From Spirochaetia bacterium (GTDB lineage: Bacteria; Spirochaetota; Spirochaetia; JAFGXN01), in contig JAXEIF010000029.1 of the NCBI GenBank assembly GCA_034120015.1, forward strand, positions 118,963-182,962: a stretch of 64,000 nt of DNA, written 5' to 3'. Positions 18,392-26,839 of the stretch are shown one piece after another. A program made the translations under genes and the position numbers. Within the stretch, counting starts at the first letter, position 1, and every line of letters starts with the position of its first letter. Under the pieces are notes generated by a model that was not told where the DNA came from, did no database searches, and was given only the letters and a program-made list of their open reading frames with translations.

Positions 18392-19498
18392 TCAGCGGTA
18401 GAGAATACTCAGATTTTTGACCGGTGGCAGGTAAAACAGTGTGGACGTTTCGACGCCGATCAGGTAAATATTGGCGTCTCCGATTCGTTCTTCGATTTCT
18501 TCGGGATCTATTTTCTTACCGTTTTCGTAATATGAAAGACTCAACAGACCGCGGTAATCGATTGTCGGAAAGGCAACAGCCGTTTTGCTGTGTTCCAGCA
18601 ATGTTCTGTCTCCGTCCCATTGGGAGGGGCTGCTGTAGGAAATAAAATAGAAACGGGACGGTTCTTTTGCGGCCAGGTAGTACATAACAAACCGTAACGC
18701 CGATGTGTCGAATCCGGCTGTCTCCGTAAATCCGTAAAACGGGACGGTTTTGACTTCGATTTCATCTGTTGTCACATCGGATACGGAGAGACGGTTCAGC
18801 TTCAAGCCGATGTTTTTTATCCAGTCCATTCCGAAATACGGATTGCGTTTGAAAGTTTCTTTAATCAGCCAGTTATTATTGGGGGCTTCCTCAAAATGTT
18901 TGAGTACCAGATCGTTTAAGTTCATCAGATGTCCCGTTGCCGGTTTGTAGAAACCGTCCGCAATCCATTTAACAAAACCGAAACTGTTGACGAGAGCCCG
19001 GCTGTATTCGCTGCCGTCGGATATATCGACCCATTTTCCCTTTTCCGACATCGCCTTGTAGTCAGCCAGTTTAATATCGGGAAGGGTTTTATCGATTCGC
19101 TCCGTTATAACCTGAACGGTTCTTGTTTGGGCTTTATTTTGTGCCGCCAACAGCAAATCCCAATCGATAACCATACGTGAGGCCTCGATGATATCTTCGA
19201 AATTGAGGAGGCAAACTGTTTCCCAGGAAAGAGGAATGACTGTTCCGTTGTAAATTCGTTGTCCGTAAACAATGACATCGGTTTTGATACGGTCTTCGTA
19301 AGGAAAAATATCCATACGGACAGATTCTTCCGGTTTGAAGTAGACAGTATAAGAGACGGTTTCTTTTGTTTTTGCATCGATACGGGGTTGGTAGACAGCG
19401 TTGTAGCTGACGGAGTTGTAAAAAAAAGGTGCGGCAACAGCGCAAAAAGGAACTGCCAGTAAAAAAAGGAGAAAAAAAACAGTATTTGATTTCGGCAT
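18392..19498 (-). CDS. hypothetical secreted protein
   Basis: MPKSNTVFFLLFLLAVPFCAVAAP signal peptide. AGGAGG ribosome-binding site 5 nt upstream of ATG 19498. The longer track ORF (to 19633) adds a non-coding-looking leader. Confidence 0.45.
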   Translation of the reverse strand: MPKSNTVFFLLFLLAVPFCAVAAPFFYNSVSYNAVYQPRIDAKTKETVSYTVYFKPEESVRMDIFPYEDRIKTDVIVYGQRIYNGTVIPLSWETVCLLNFEDIIEASRMVIDWDLLLAAQNKAQTRTVQVITERIDKTLPDIKLADYKAMSEKGKWVDISDGSEYSRALVNSFGFVKWIADGFYKPATGHLMNLNDLVLKHFEEAPNNNWLIKETFKRNPYFGMDWIKNIGLKLNRLSVSDVTTDEIEVKTVPFYGFTETAGFDTSALRFVMYYLAAKEPSRFYFISYSSPSQWDGDRTLLEHSKTAVAFPTIDYRGLLSLSYYENGKKIDPEEIEERIGDANIYLIGVETSTLFYLPPVKNLSILYR

Positions 19499-19580
19499 GA
19501 AACCCTCCTGTTCATTTATCGGAAATTTATACTTGAAAAAAAAGAAAAAATTTAGCAATATATTGGAAGAGAGGCGTTTT

Positions 19581-20627
19581 ATGTCATGGCAGCGATTTAA
19601 AGAGATGTTCGGTACAAAACGGGGGAAATTCAACCGTCCCGTTTTTCAGGATGAACAGTCCGGGGGTTTCCCGGGGCGGCGTTCTTCGGGTAAACCGACA
19701 GATGTGCAGAACGGTCATCCTGTCGATACATTTATGCAGGAAAACCGGTACGCCGAGCAGATTTTGCGTGACATGAAAAAGATTATACGCCGCATTTCTC
19801 AGCAGCCGTTCCAGTCCGACTGGAATCAGCTTTCTTATCTGGCAAAAGAACTGAAGGAAATCGAAATCCATTACCGGCGAATCGAGGAGGTCTTGTTTGC
19901 TTATCTTGAGCATTCCAAAATCAGCCGTCTGGATCAGGAATTTTCGGAGCGCTACAGAGATGTCAAGAGACTGTTGCGTAATTTTTCCCAGTCGGTAAAA
20001 AGCCGCAGTGAGGATGCCGTCTTTAAACTCTTTTATGAACTTTCCGATTCGATTCGGCAGATTATCACCGACGAAGACCAGATTCTGTTCCCGACGGCTT
20101 TGAATTATCTTTCAGCCGACGACTGGAAGACGGTACGTGCAAAAGGTGCCGCCATCGGTTATCCGTGGTCGGATAAAGGCGAACGACTCGAAGAAAAGCC
20201 GGTCGAAAACGGCGTGCCGTTTCTCGACGGATTTCATCTCGAAGGCGGTTTTCTGACATTGGAAATGATAGATGCCCTTTTGAACGTCACATTGGCGGAA
20301 ATCACGGTTTTCAATAAAGAGGGGGTTGCGGTTTATTTTAATTACGGTGAAAGGCGGCTGTATCCTCGTAAATCCGATTTAATCGGAAAACCGCTGAAAG
20401 AAGCATTCTCCGGAAAAAATTATACCAATATAAAAAAGATTCTTTCTTCCCTAAAATCACGTAAAGTTCCTTTTGTCGAGTTTTGGTTCCCCGAAAACGG
20501 CAGGCAGATTTATACCCGCTATGTTCCTTTATTCGGGCGAAACGGCGATTATAACGGTGCGGTCGAATTGATCATCGATGTATCGAATCTGCAAAGAATG
20601 ACGGGAACTTATTCCAGTTTAAGCTGA
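19581..20627 (+). CDS. hypothetical protein. Possible hemerythrin-like/DUF438-type N-region plus a PAS-like C-region (weak).
   Basis: Putative promoter TTGAAA-17-CAATAT, then GGAAGAGAGG, then ATG 19581 (MSWQRFKEMF...). The track start 19497 is probably not used. Confidence 0.35.
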   Translation: MSWQRFKEMFGTKRGKFNRPVFQDEQSGGFPGRRSSGKPTDVQNGHPVDTFMQENRYAEQILRDMKKIIRRISQQPFQSDWNQLSYLAKELKEIEIHYRRIEEVLFAYLEHSKISRLDQEFSERYRDVKRLLRNFSQSVKSRSEDAVFKLFYELSDSIRQIITDEDQILFPTALNYLSADDWKTVRAKGAAIGYPWSDKGERLEEKPVENGVPFLDGFHLEGGFLTLEMIDALLNVTLAEITVFNKEGVAVYFNYGERRLYPRKSDLIGKPLKEAFSGKNYTNIKKILSSLKSRKVPFVEFWFPENGRQIYTRYVPLFGRNGDYNGAVELIIDVSNLQRMTGTYSSLS

Positions 20628-20699
20628 ACTTTTTAAAAAAATTCTTTCTTTTTTTCTCTTTTCGCAGTAAAATCAACAATACTGTATGGGGGTTAGTCT

Positions 20700-23396
20700 A
20701 TGAGAAGGTTCGGAAAGAGAGGACTGATTTTCGGATTATTTCTTTTTATGGGATGTGTCGGTGCCGGATGGGATGTCCCCGAGCTTTTTGAAAAACAGCA
20801 GACGACCGATCTTTCCTGTTTTAAAGGTGACGGCGAAAAAGCTCTTGCCGGGTGTGATACCTATTGGGTCGGCGTCGGAATCAGCGATTCGACGGAATAT
20901 CCGTCCGGACAGCTGTGCGGCGGTTATATCGAGTCCAGACAGAAAACAGAGGGTATTTTTACCCGCCAATGGGTTCGGGCATTCGTTATCGCCGAAGGAA
21001 AAAACGGTCCCCGCATAGCGATACTGATTTCCGATGATTGGGCTGTTTCACTGGAAATGCGGGCGGCTTTGATTGAAGAACTGTCAAAAAGCACGCAAAA
21101 AGGCAAAGACGGAACGGAGGTTTCTTTGTTGAATGACGGGTTGACTCCGTATTACAACGACCACAACGTTCTGCTGAATGCGACACACACACATACCGGA
21201 GTTATGGGCGATGCCCAACGTCATCAGTATAATATTTCAGCCGGCGGTTATAACGAAAATTTGATGATGATTACGGTTCGGGCGGCTGTCGAAGCGCTTG
21301 TCGAAGCACATCGGAATCTGGAACCGTGTACAATCGAATTCTCCAAAGGAAAACTGACCGATACATACAATATCTCCAAAAACAGGTCGTTTACGGCTCA
21401 CCTGAACAACGAAAGTGATATTTTCGATTACGGAATGACACCGGAAGAATTTGATGCGTTGCCCGAAGAAGAGGAGAAAGAAGCCTACCGGACGCATGAA
21501 GAGGCGACCGACAAAATGATGTATCTGCTCCGTTTTCGGACGGTCGACGGTCGTGATAAGGGCGCTTTAAACTGGTTTTCGGTTCATCCGACTTCGATCA
21601 GTGCTTCGTTCGGAATGATTTCCGGTGACAGTAAAGGGTTTGCGGCTCAGATGTTTGAAAGCATGATGGGGTCATCGGTAAATACCGATTCGGGTTTTGT
21701 CGCCGGATTTGCCCAGAGCGCTTTGGGAGATGTCGACCCGTGCCGTACCATTTATCACCGGGATAAATTCGGCTACTCGATTGATGAGGAAGCCGAAAAC
21801 GGAATTTATTCGGCACGGGCGCAGGCGGCAAAAGCAATGGAATTATATATGAAGCCGCAGTTTGCTGTTAAAGGACCTGTTGCGTATGCGACACAGTGGG
21901 TGGCAATGGATCGGGTTTTCCTGGATGATGAATTTGCGTACAAACCGGATGTTTATCCGCCCCGAACCTGGCCTCCGGCAACGGGATGGAGTATGGCAAA
22001 GGGTGCCGAGATTCATCAGGTGACGATGCCTCCCGGATTTGTCGAAGGAATGAGTCTGGAAAATGCAAAAAAACCCCGTCATGCTTTATTACCGTTGGTG
22101 CGTTGCCTGTTGGGGCCGTATAAAAATCTGGATACAAAACACGGTTTGCCTAAAATATTTTCTCCTTCCGACGAGTTGAAAGCGGCGCACTTCCCGAAAC
22201 CGATTTTAATGGCATCCGGTAATGCCAATCCGTCATGGATGGATTTGGATCTTCCGTTTCAGATTTTTCGAATCGGAAATATTGCCGTTATCGGCGCTCC
22301 TTTCGAAACGACGACTGTGTCCGGTCGCCGTATACGGGCAGAGGTTAAAAAGGCATTGGAAAAGGCCGGTCAGCCGGTTGAAGAGGTAATTTACTGCGGT
22401 AATTCGAATGCTTACGTCGGTTATATGGCAACGCCGGAAGAATACCGTTTACAGCATTACGAGGGCGGCTCGACTGCTTACGGCATTAACCAGGTTCCTG
22501 CCTGTCAGCAGGAATTTAGCCGGCTTGCCGGAAAACTGGCTGACGGTCAAAGCGGACGTGTTCCCGGTGATCCGGATTGGATTGTGACATCACCGCGTCG
22601 TGTTCCCGCCGATAAAATTGTTTATGCCAAAGAAAAAATTTACCCGGACCGTGTGCCGGCAGGGAAGGTGTTCGGAGAGCAGAAAAAACCTCTTGAAAAA
22701 AAAGAGTGGAAATCCGGAGAGGTATTTTCGGTTTCTTTTTATTCCGCACGTTTAAATACGGAAATTTTTCACAATGATTCGTATTTTTATATTCAAAGAT
22801 ACAGTCCGGAAAAGGCTGCCTGGGTGACCGAGACCGACGATGATGATTTCAACACCAATCTGTACTGGAAAAAAACAACGAACCGGTATTCGACAGCCGA
22901 TGTGATTTGGCGGATTCCTCCCGGAATCCGTGACGGTCTTTACCGCGTTGTTTATAAGGGAAGATTTCGAAAAACAGCAGATGTACGCGATGAAAACAGC
23001 ATCGGATCGTTCACCGGTGTTTCCGAAGAATTTGAAATTAAAGGGAGTGTTTATGCACCGTTATCCGGAACCGTGAGTCGGAAAGGAAACCGGATCGAAC
23101 TCTCTTTCGGGGGCGACGTTAGCGGAGACCTGTTAACATTTCGTCTGAAAGAAGGTTCCGGTGCGTTTGTCGGCAAAGCGATCGTCGATTTCGGAGACGG
23201 AACAAAGTATCCGATTTCGGCACTGATTGACGACGGAAGAACAATTCGGTTTCAGTCTCCGGATCGGAAAGTTTCGAAAATTGTTATAGAGTTTTCGGAA
23301 GCGTCGGACAACATTGCCGATTCTGTCGAAGCGTTTGAATTTTATGATACCGGAATCGAGAACCGCGTTAAGAAGTTTGAACCGTTTTGCACATAG
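20700..23396 (+). CDS. neutral/alkaline ceramidase-family lipoprotein with a long C-terminal extension
   Basis: Lipobox LFMGC. LLNATHTHTGVMGD and VHPTSISASFGMISGDSKGF resemble the neutral-ceramidase catalytic motifs (ATHTHSGP / HGTS...ISGDNKG). Confidence 0.45.
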   Translation: MRRFGKRGLIFGLFLFMGCVGAGWDVPELFEKQQTTDLSCFKGDGEKALAGCDTYWVGVGISDSTEYPSGQLCGGYIESRQKTEGIFTRQWVRAFVIAEGKNGPRIAILISDDWAVSLEMRAALIEELSKSTQKGKDGTEVSLLNDGLTPYYNDHNVLLNATHTHTGVMGDAQRHQYNISAGGYNENLMMITVRAAVEALVEAHRNLEPCTIEFSKGKLTDTYNISKNRSFTAHLNNESDIFDYGMTPEEFDALPEEEEKEAYRTHEEATDKMMYLLRFRTVDGRDKGALNWFSVHPTSISASFGMISGDSKGFAAQMFESMMGSSVNTDSGFVAGFAQSALGDVDPCRTIYHRDKFGYSIDEEAENGIYSARAQAAKAMELYMKPQFAVKGPVAYATQWVAMDRVFLDDEFAYKPDVYPPRTWPPATGWSMAKGAEIHQVTMPPGFVEGMSLENAKKPRHALLPLVRCLLGPYKNLDTKHGLPKIFSPSDELKAAHFPKPILMASGNANPSWMDLDLPFQIFRIGNIAVIGAPFETTTVSGRRIRAEVKKALEKAGQPVEEVIYCGNSNAYVGYMATPEEYRLQHYEGGSTAYGINQVPACQQEFSRLAGKLADGQSGRVPGDPDWIVTSPRRVPADKIVYAKEKIYPDRVPAGKVFGEQKKPLEKKEWKSGEVFSVSFYSARLNTEIFHNDSYFYIQRYSPEKAAWVTETDDDDFNTNLYWKKTTNRYSTADVIWRIPPGIRDGLYRVVYKGRFRKTADVRDENSIGSFTGVSEEFEIKGSVYAPLSGTVSRKGNRIELSFGGDVSGDLLTFRLKEGSGAFVGKAIVDFGDGTKYPISALIDDGRTIRFQSPDRKVSKIVIEFSEASDNIADSVEAFEFYDTGIENRVKKFEPFCT

Positions 23397-24234
23397 ATGA
23401 TAAGGTATGTGGAGCTGCTGTCGTGTCTTTGGGTTTTCGTCCCCGTTTCCGGGGGACGACGGCAGCAGGATCCGCATCCAGAATATACGGAATAATCAAA
23501 GAGCTGCTGGAAGCGCAAAGAATTGCCGACAAAGCCTTTCTTCCTCCATGCCGGACAATATGAGAAAGAAATTCTTTGATAAAAAAATAGTCCGGATGAT
23601 AAGAATTGTGGTTCTCGATATATAAGTTGATATCCTTTAACAGGAAGGCTGTTTTTTCCTCGTCGATGCGGGCCTCGCGGAAGTAGAAGAGAATTCGATC
23701 CATGTTGATGCAGTGTTCCTGCGGCAGTGAATCCGGAGTCAGAAAACGGTATGCATAATTTGGGAAAAGGATTTCCGACAGATTATCTTTTATTTCATCC
23801 CATGAAAAAGCGAACAGTTGCAGAAGACGGGCTTTGAAAAGGAGCAGCGGAGCGTGCAAAACGTGTTCGATAAAATCGCGGGTTTCATTTCCGGAGCCGT
23901 AGATTTCAAAAATCAAATCAAAAATCGAACGGGGCGGACGCTTGACGCAGTCATACATGAAATTCAGTACAAACATAATTTGGGCAACAGGTTCGCCGGG
24001 CATATCGATAGACGGGTATAAATCATCCGTCGACATCCGCAGGCGGTAGTAGGGACGTAACTTAAAAATACGCATAAATACAGGACTTAAAAAAGGGTCG
24101 TTTTCGAGAAGATTGATAAAAGATTTGATTCGGATTTTGACGGTTTCTCCGGTGGCTGTATTAACGGAATCGATAACACAGCAGATTGTTCTGACACTGT
24201 ATCGGAACATGTCTTTATCATTCATTTTGTTCAT
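23368..24234 (-). CDS. hypothetical protein with an AT-hook-like C-terminal tail (PRKRGRKPK)
   Basis: 288-aa ORF with no recognisable domain. Its 3' end overlaps the ceramidase gene end and a GC-rich hairpin. Confidence 0.35.
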   Translation of the reverse strand: MNKMNDKDMFRYSVRTICCVIDSVNTATGETVKIRIKSFINLLENDPFLSPVFMRIFKLRPYYRLRMSTDDLYPSIDMPGEPVAQIMFVLNFMYDCVKRPPRSIFDLIFEIYGSGNETRDFIEHVLHAPLLLFKARLLQLFAFSWDEIKDNLSEILFPNYAYRFLTPDSLPQEHCINMDRILFYFREARIDEEKTAFLLKDINLYIENHNSYHPDYFFIKEFLSHIVRHGGRKALSAILCASSSSLIIPYILDADPAAVVPRKRGRKPKDTTAAPHTLSSMCKTVQTS

Positions 24235-24338
24235 ATAATATTATCGATATTTTGTCTCTAAAAAAACATAAAATAAAATTCGTTATTTTTCTTTTTTTGC
24301 CGAAATAAACTATATATCGGAAATGACAAGGAGATTCT

Positions 24339-24875
24339 ATGAGATATACGGGATTTGAAGCCATCGATTCTGTCGAAGAGTACCGTGATACCGCTTTAAA
24401 GGCAATCGATTTGTTTCAGTCATCTCAACAGGAAGATGCACTTTGCTATTTCGAACGACTGCGGGAAGTGAATCCGGAGAACAGCGTTATTGCCGAGGTT
24501 CTTACTTATTTGTACACACAAATGGGGATGGCTGAGGAAGCTGACAAGGAATTTGCCCGCTACTGCGATTTAATGCGTGCACGCGGACGGTATATTATTT
24601 TCGACCAGCCGCAGACCTGGGAAGAGCTTGTCATTGAGGCTAAAAAAGATAAGAAATTAAAGTCGACTGTCAAAAATATTCTGAACCGCAAAGAAAAATC
24701 GGAAAACCCGATTGAAGATATCGAGAAAGTCTCCATGCAGGGTGTTATTTACATGAACAATGGAAAATATGCAGAGGCCGAGGCACTGTTTCTGGAGTAT
24801 CGGGAAATGTATATTCGCGATTTCGGTGGCGGTCGGCGGATTATTCCGCTTTATTCGGAGACTGTTTCCGATTAG
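24339..24875 (+). CDS. hypothetical protein (TPR-like helical)
   Basis: GGAGA ribosome-binding site. Helical repeat-like N-terminus. Convergently overlaps the pyrG 3' end. Confidence 0.35.
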   Translation: MRYTGFEAIDSVEEYRDTALKAIDLFQSSQQEDALCYFERLREVNPENSVIAEVLTYLYTQMGMAEEADKEFARYCDLMRARGRYIIFDQPQTWEELVIEAKKDKKLKSTVKNILNRKEKSENPIEDIEKVSMQGVIYMNNGKYAEAEALFLEYREMYIRDFGGGRRIIPLYSETVSD

Positions 24876-26487
24876 CCTGATTGTCGAGGGCTGCTTTCAC
24901 AAATTCACGAAATAAAGGACCGGCTTTCGTCGGGCGTGAGGTAAATTCCGGGTGGAACTGGACGCCCGTGCTCCACGGATGATCGGGCCATTCCACACTT
25001 TCAACGAGTTCGTTGTCCGGTGTTGTACCGCTGATAATAAGACCCTTTTGCTGCAGTTCCTGTTTGTAGCGGTTGGAGACTTCATAGCGGTGACGGTGGC
25101 GTTCCCAAATCGATTCCGATTTGTAAGCTTCATAAATCTTCGTGCCTTTTTGAACTTTCGACTCGCTTAATCCGAGGCGCATTGTTCCGCCGTATTGCGT
25201 GACATCGACCTGTTCTTCAAGCAGCGAGACAACACAGTGTTGCCCGTCGGGGCGGAATTCGGAGCTGTTGGCATCTTCGTAACCGAGAACGTTGCGGGCA
25301 TATTCGATAACCATAATCTGCATTCCGAGACAAATTCCCAAAAAAGGGATTCTGTTTTCACGTGCATAGCGGGCCGCTTTCACCATCCCGTTGATGCCCC
25401 GTTCTCCGAAGCCGCCGGGGATCAGTATGGCATCGATATCATCGAACAAAGCGTTGAACTCTTCGTCCGATAATTTTTCGGCTTCCTCGGAGTCGATTTT
25501 TTTAAAAGAAATTTTTGCTTTGTTTTCGAAGCCTCCGTGGCGGACAGCTTCATCGATGGATTTGTAGGCATCTTCCAGTTGAATGTATTTTCCTACCATC
25601 GCAATGCGAACCCGCCTGTCGGTGTGTTTGAGAGTATTGACAATAGTCTCCCACTTGGTTAAATCGGGAATACGCGGTATGACTCCCATTCGGGAGAGAA
25701 TGGCTTCGTTGATCCCTTCCTTCCAGTAATTAATAGGAATTTCGTATATCGTGTAAGTCGCATCATGTCCGGAAATAACAGCATCTTCGTTGATATTGGT
25801 GAAAAGAGCCAGCTTTTTTTTCTGATCCGGTTCCATCGGTTCCGTGCATCGGCAGATGAGAACCTGAGGCTGGATACCGATTTCTCTCATGGCTTTGACT
25901 GTGTGCTGAGTCGGTTTCGTTTTGACTTCTCCGCAGCTGACAACGGGCAAAAGCGACAGATGTACGGAAAGCGCATTTTGAGATGTTTTTTCATGGATAA
26001 TCTGACGAATGGCTTCCAAAAAGGGAATCGATTCGATATCGCCGACGGTTCCTCCGACTTCGACAACAGTGAAATCGACATCGGGTTTCTCTCCGATCAG
26101 ATAGATGCGGCGTTTAATTTCATCCGTAATATGGGGGACAACCTGAACGCATTTTCCGAGATATTTGCCGTGACGTTCCCGACGGATAACTTCTTCGTAA
26201 ATTTGTCCTGTTGTAATCGAGTTGTCTTTAGAGTATGATGCGGACGTAAAACGACCGTAGTTGCCGAGATCGAGATCGGTTTCGGCTCCGTCATCCGTAA
26301 CATAAACTTCTCCGTGCTGATAAGGGCTCATTGTTCCCGCATCGACATTCAGATAAGGATCGATTTTCAGCATGCGAACCGAAAAATTCTGTGCTTCGAG
26401 CAGAGCCGCAATGGAAGAAGCCGCAACACCTTTGCCCAGGCTGGAGCAGACGCCGCCTGTTACGAAAATATATTTATTCAAACTCAT
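24841..26487 (-). CDS. pyrG: CTP synthase
   Basis: MSLNKYIFVTGGVCSSLGKGVAASSIAALLEA... plus the C-terminal glutamine amidotransferase domain (GICLGMQ). Confidence 0.9.
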   Translation of the reverse strand: MSLNKYIFVTGGVCSSLGKGVAASSIAALLEAQNFSVRMLKIDPYLNVDAGTMSPYQHGEVYVTDDGAETDLDLGNYGRFTSASYSKDNSITTGQIYEEVIRRERHGKYLGKCVQVVPHITDEIKRRIYLIGEKPDVDFTVVEVGGTVGDIESIPFLEAIRQIIHEKTSQNALSVHLSLLPVVSCGEVKTKPTQHTVKAMREIGIQPQVLICRCTEPMEPDQKKKLALFTNINEDAVISGHDATYTIYEIPINYWKEGINEAILSRMGVIPRIPDLTKWETIVNTLKHTDRRVRIAMVGKYIQLEDAYKSIDEAVRHGGFENKAKISFKKIDSEEAEKLSDEEFNALFDDIDAILIPGGFGERGINGMVKAARYARENRIPFLGICLGMQIMVIEYARNVLGYEDANSSEFRPDGQHCVVSLLEEQVDVTQYGGTMRLGLSESKVQKGTKIYEAYKSESIWERHRHRYEVSNRYKQELQQKGLIISGTTPDNELVESVEWPDHPWSTGVQFHPEFTSRPTKAGPLFREFVKAALDNQANRKQSPNKAE

Positions 26488-26555
26488 ACTATAAAAATAT
26501 TAGAAATATCAAATTTTTGCAATGGAATTTTTAAATTTTTACGGTATAATGAGAC

Positions 26556-26831
26556 ATGGGTGATTGCTATCAATGCGGAATGAAATTTCCGGAAGGAAAA
26601 ATCGGCAGAACGGAAGAATGTGCTTCCTGCGGACGGCCTCTGCATGCCTGCCGCAATTGTATTTTTTATGATACAGCAGCGTCGCACCAATGCCGTGAGG
26701 ATGCGGCCGAGCCTGTAACCGATAAAGAAAGTGCCAATTTTTGCGACTATTTTCGGCCCGAAAACAGAGAGAAAGAAAAAACGGATTCGGCGGACGATGC
26801 CCGTCGACGGTTTGACTCTCTTTTTCGATAG
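26556..26831 (+). CDS. small cysteine-rich zinc-ribbon protein
   Basis: CYQCG...CASCG...CRNC...C pattern. 91 aa. Confidence 0.4.
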   Translation: MGDCYQCGMKFPEGKIGRTEECASCGRPLHACRNCIFYDTAASHQCREDAAEPVTDKESANFCDYFRPENREKEKTDSADDARRRFDSLFR

Positions 26832-26839
26832 GAGACTGC

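Noticed and set aside
19496-19499. CATG where the ATG starts of divergent ORFs on the two strands overlap
   Set aside because: The plus-strand protein more likely starts at ATG 19581 (TTGAAA-17-CAATAT promoter and a GGAAGAGAGG ribosome-binding site), so the overlap is probably coincidental.
26517-26552. Candidate promoter TTGCAA ... TATAAT upstream of the zinc-ribbon gene at 26556
   Set aside because: The spacer is about 22 nt, too long for sigma70. Left uncalled.
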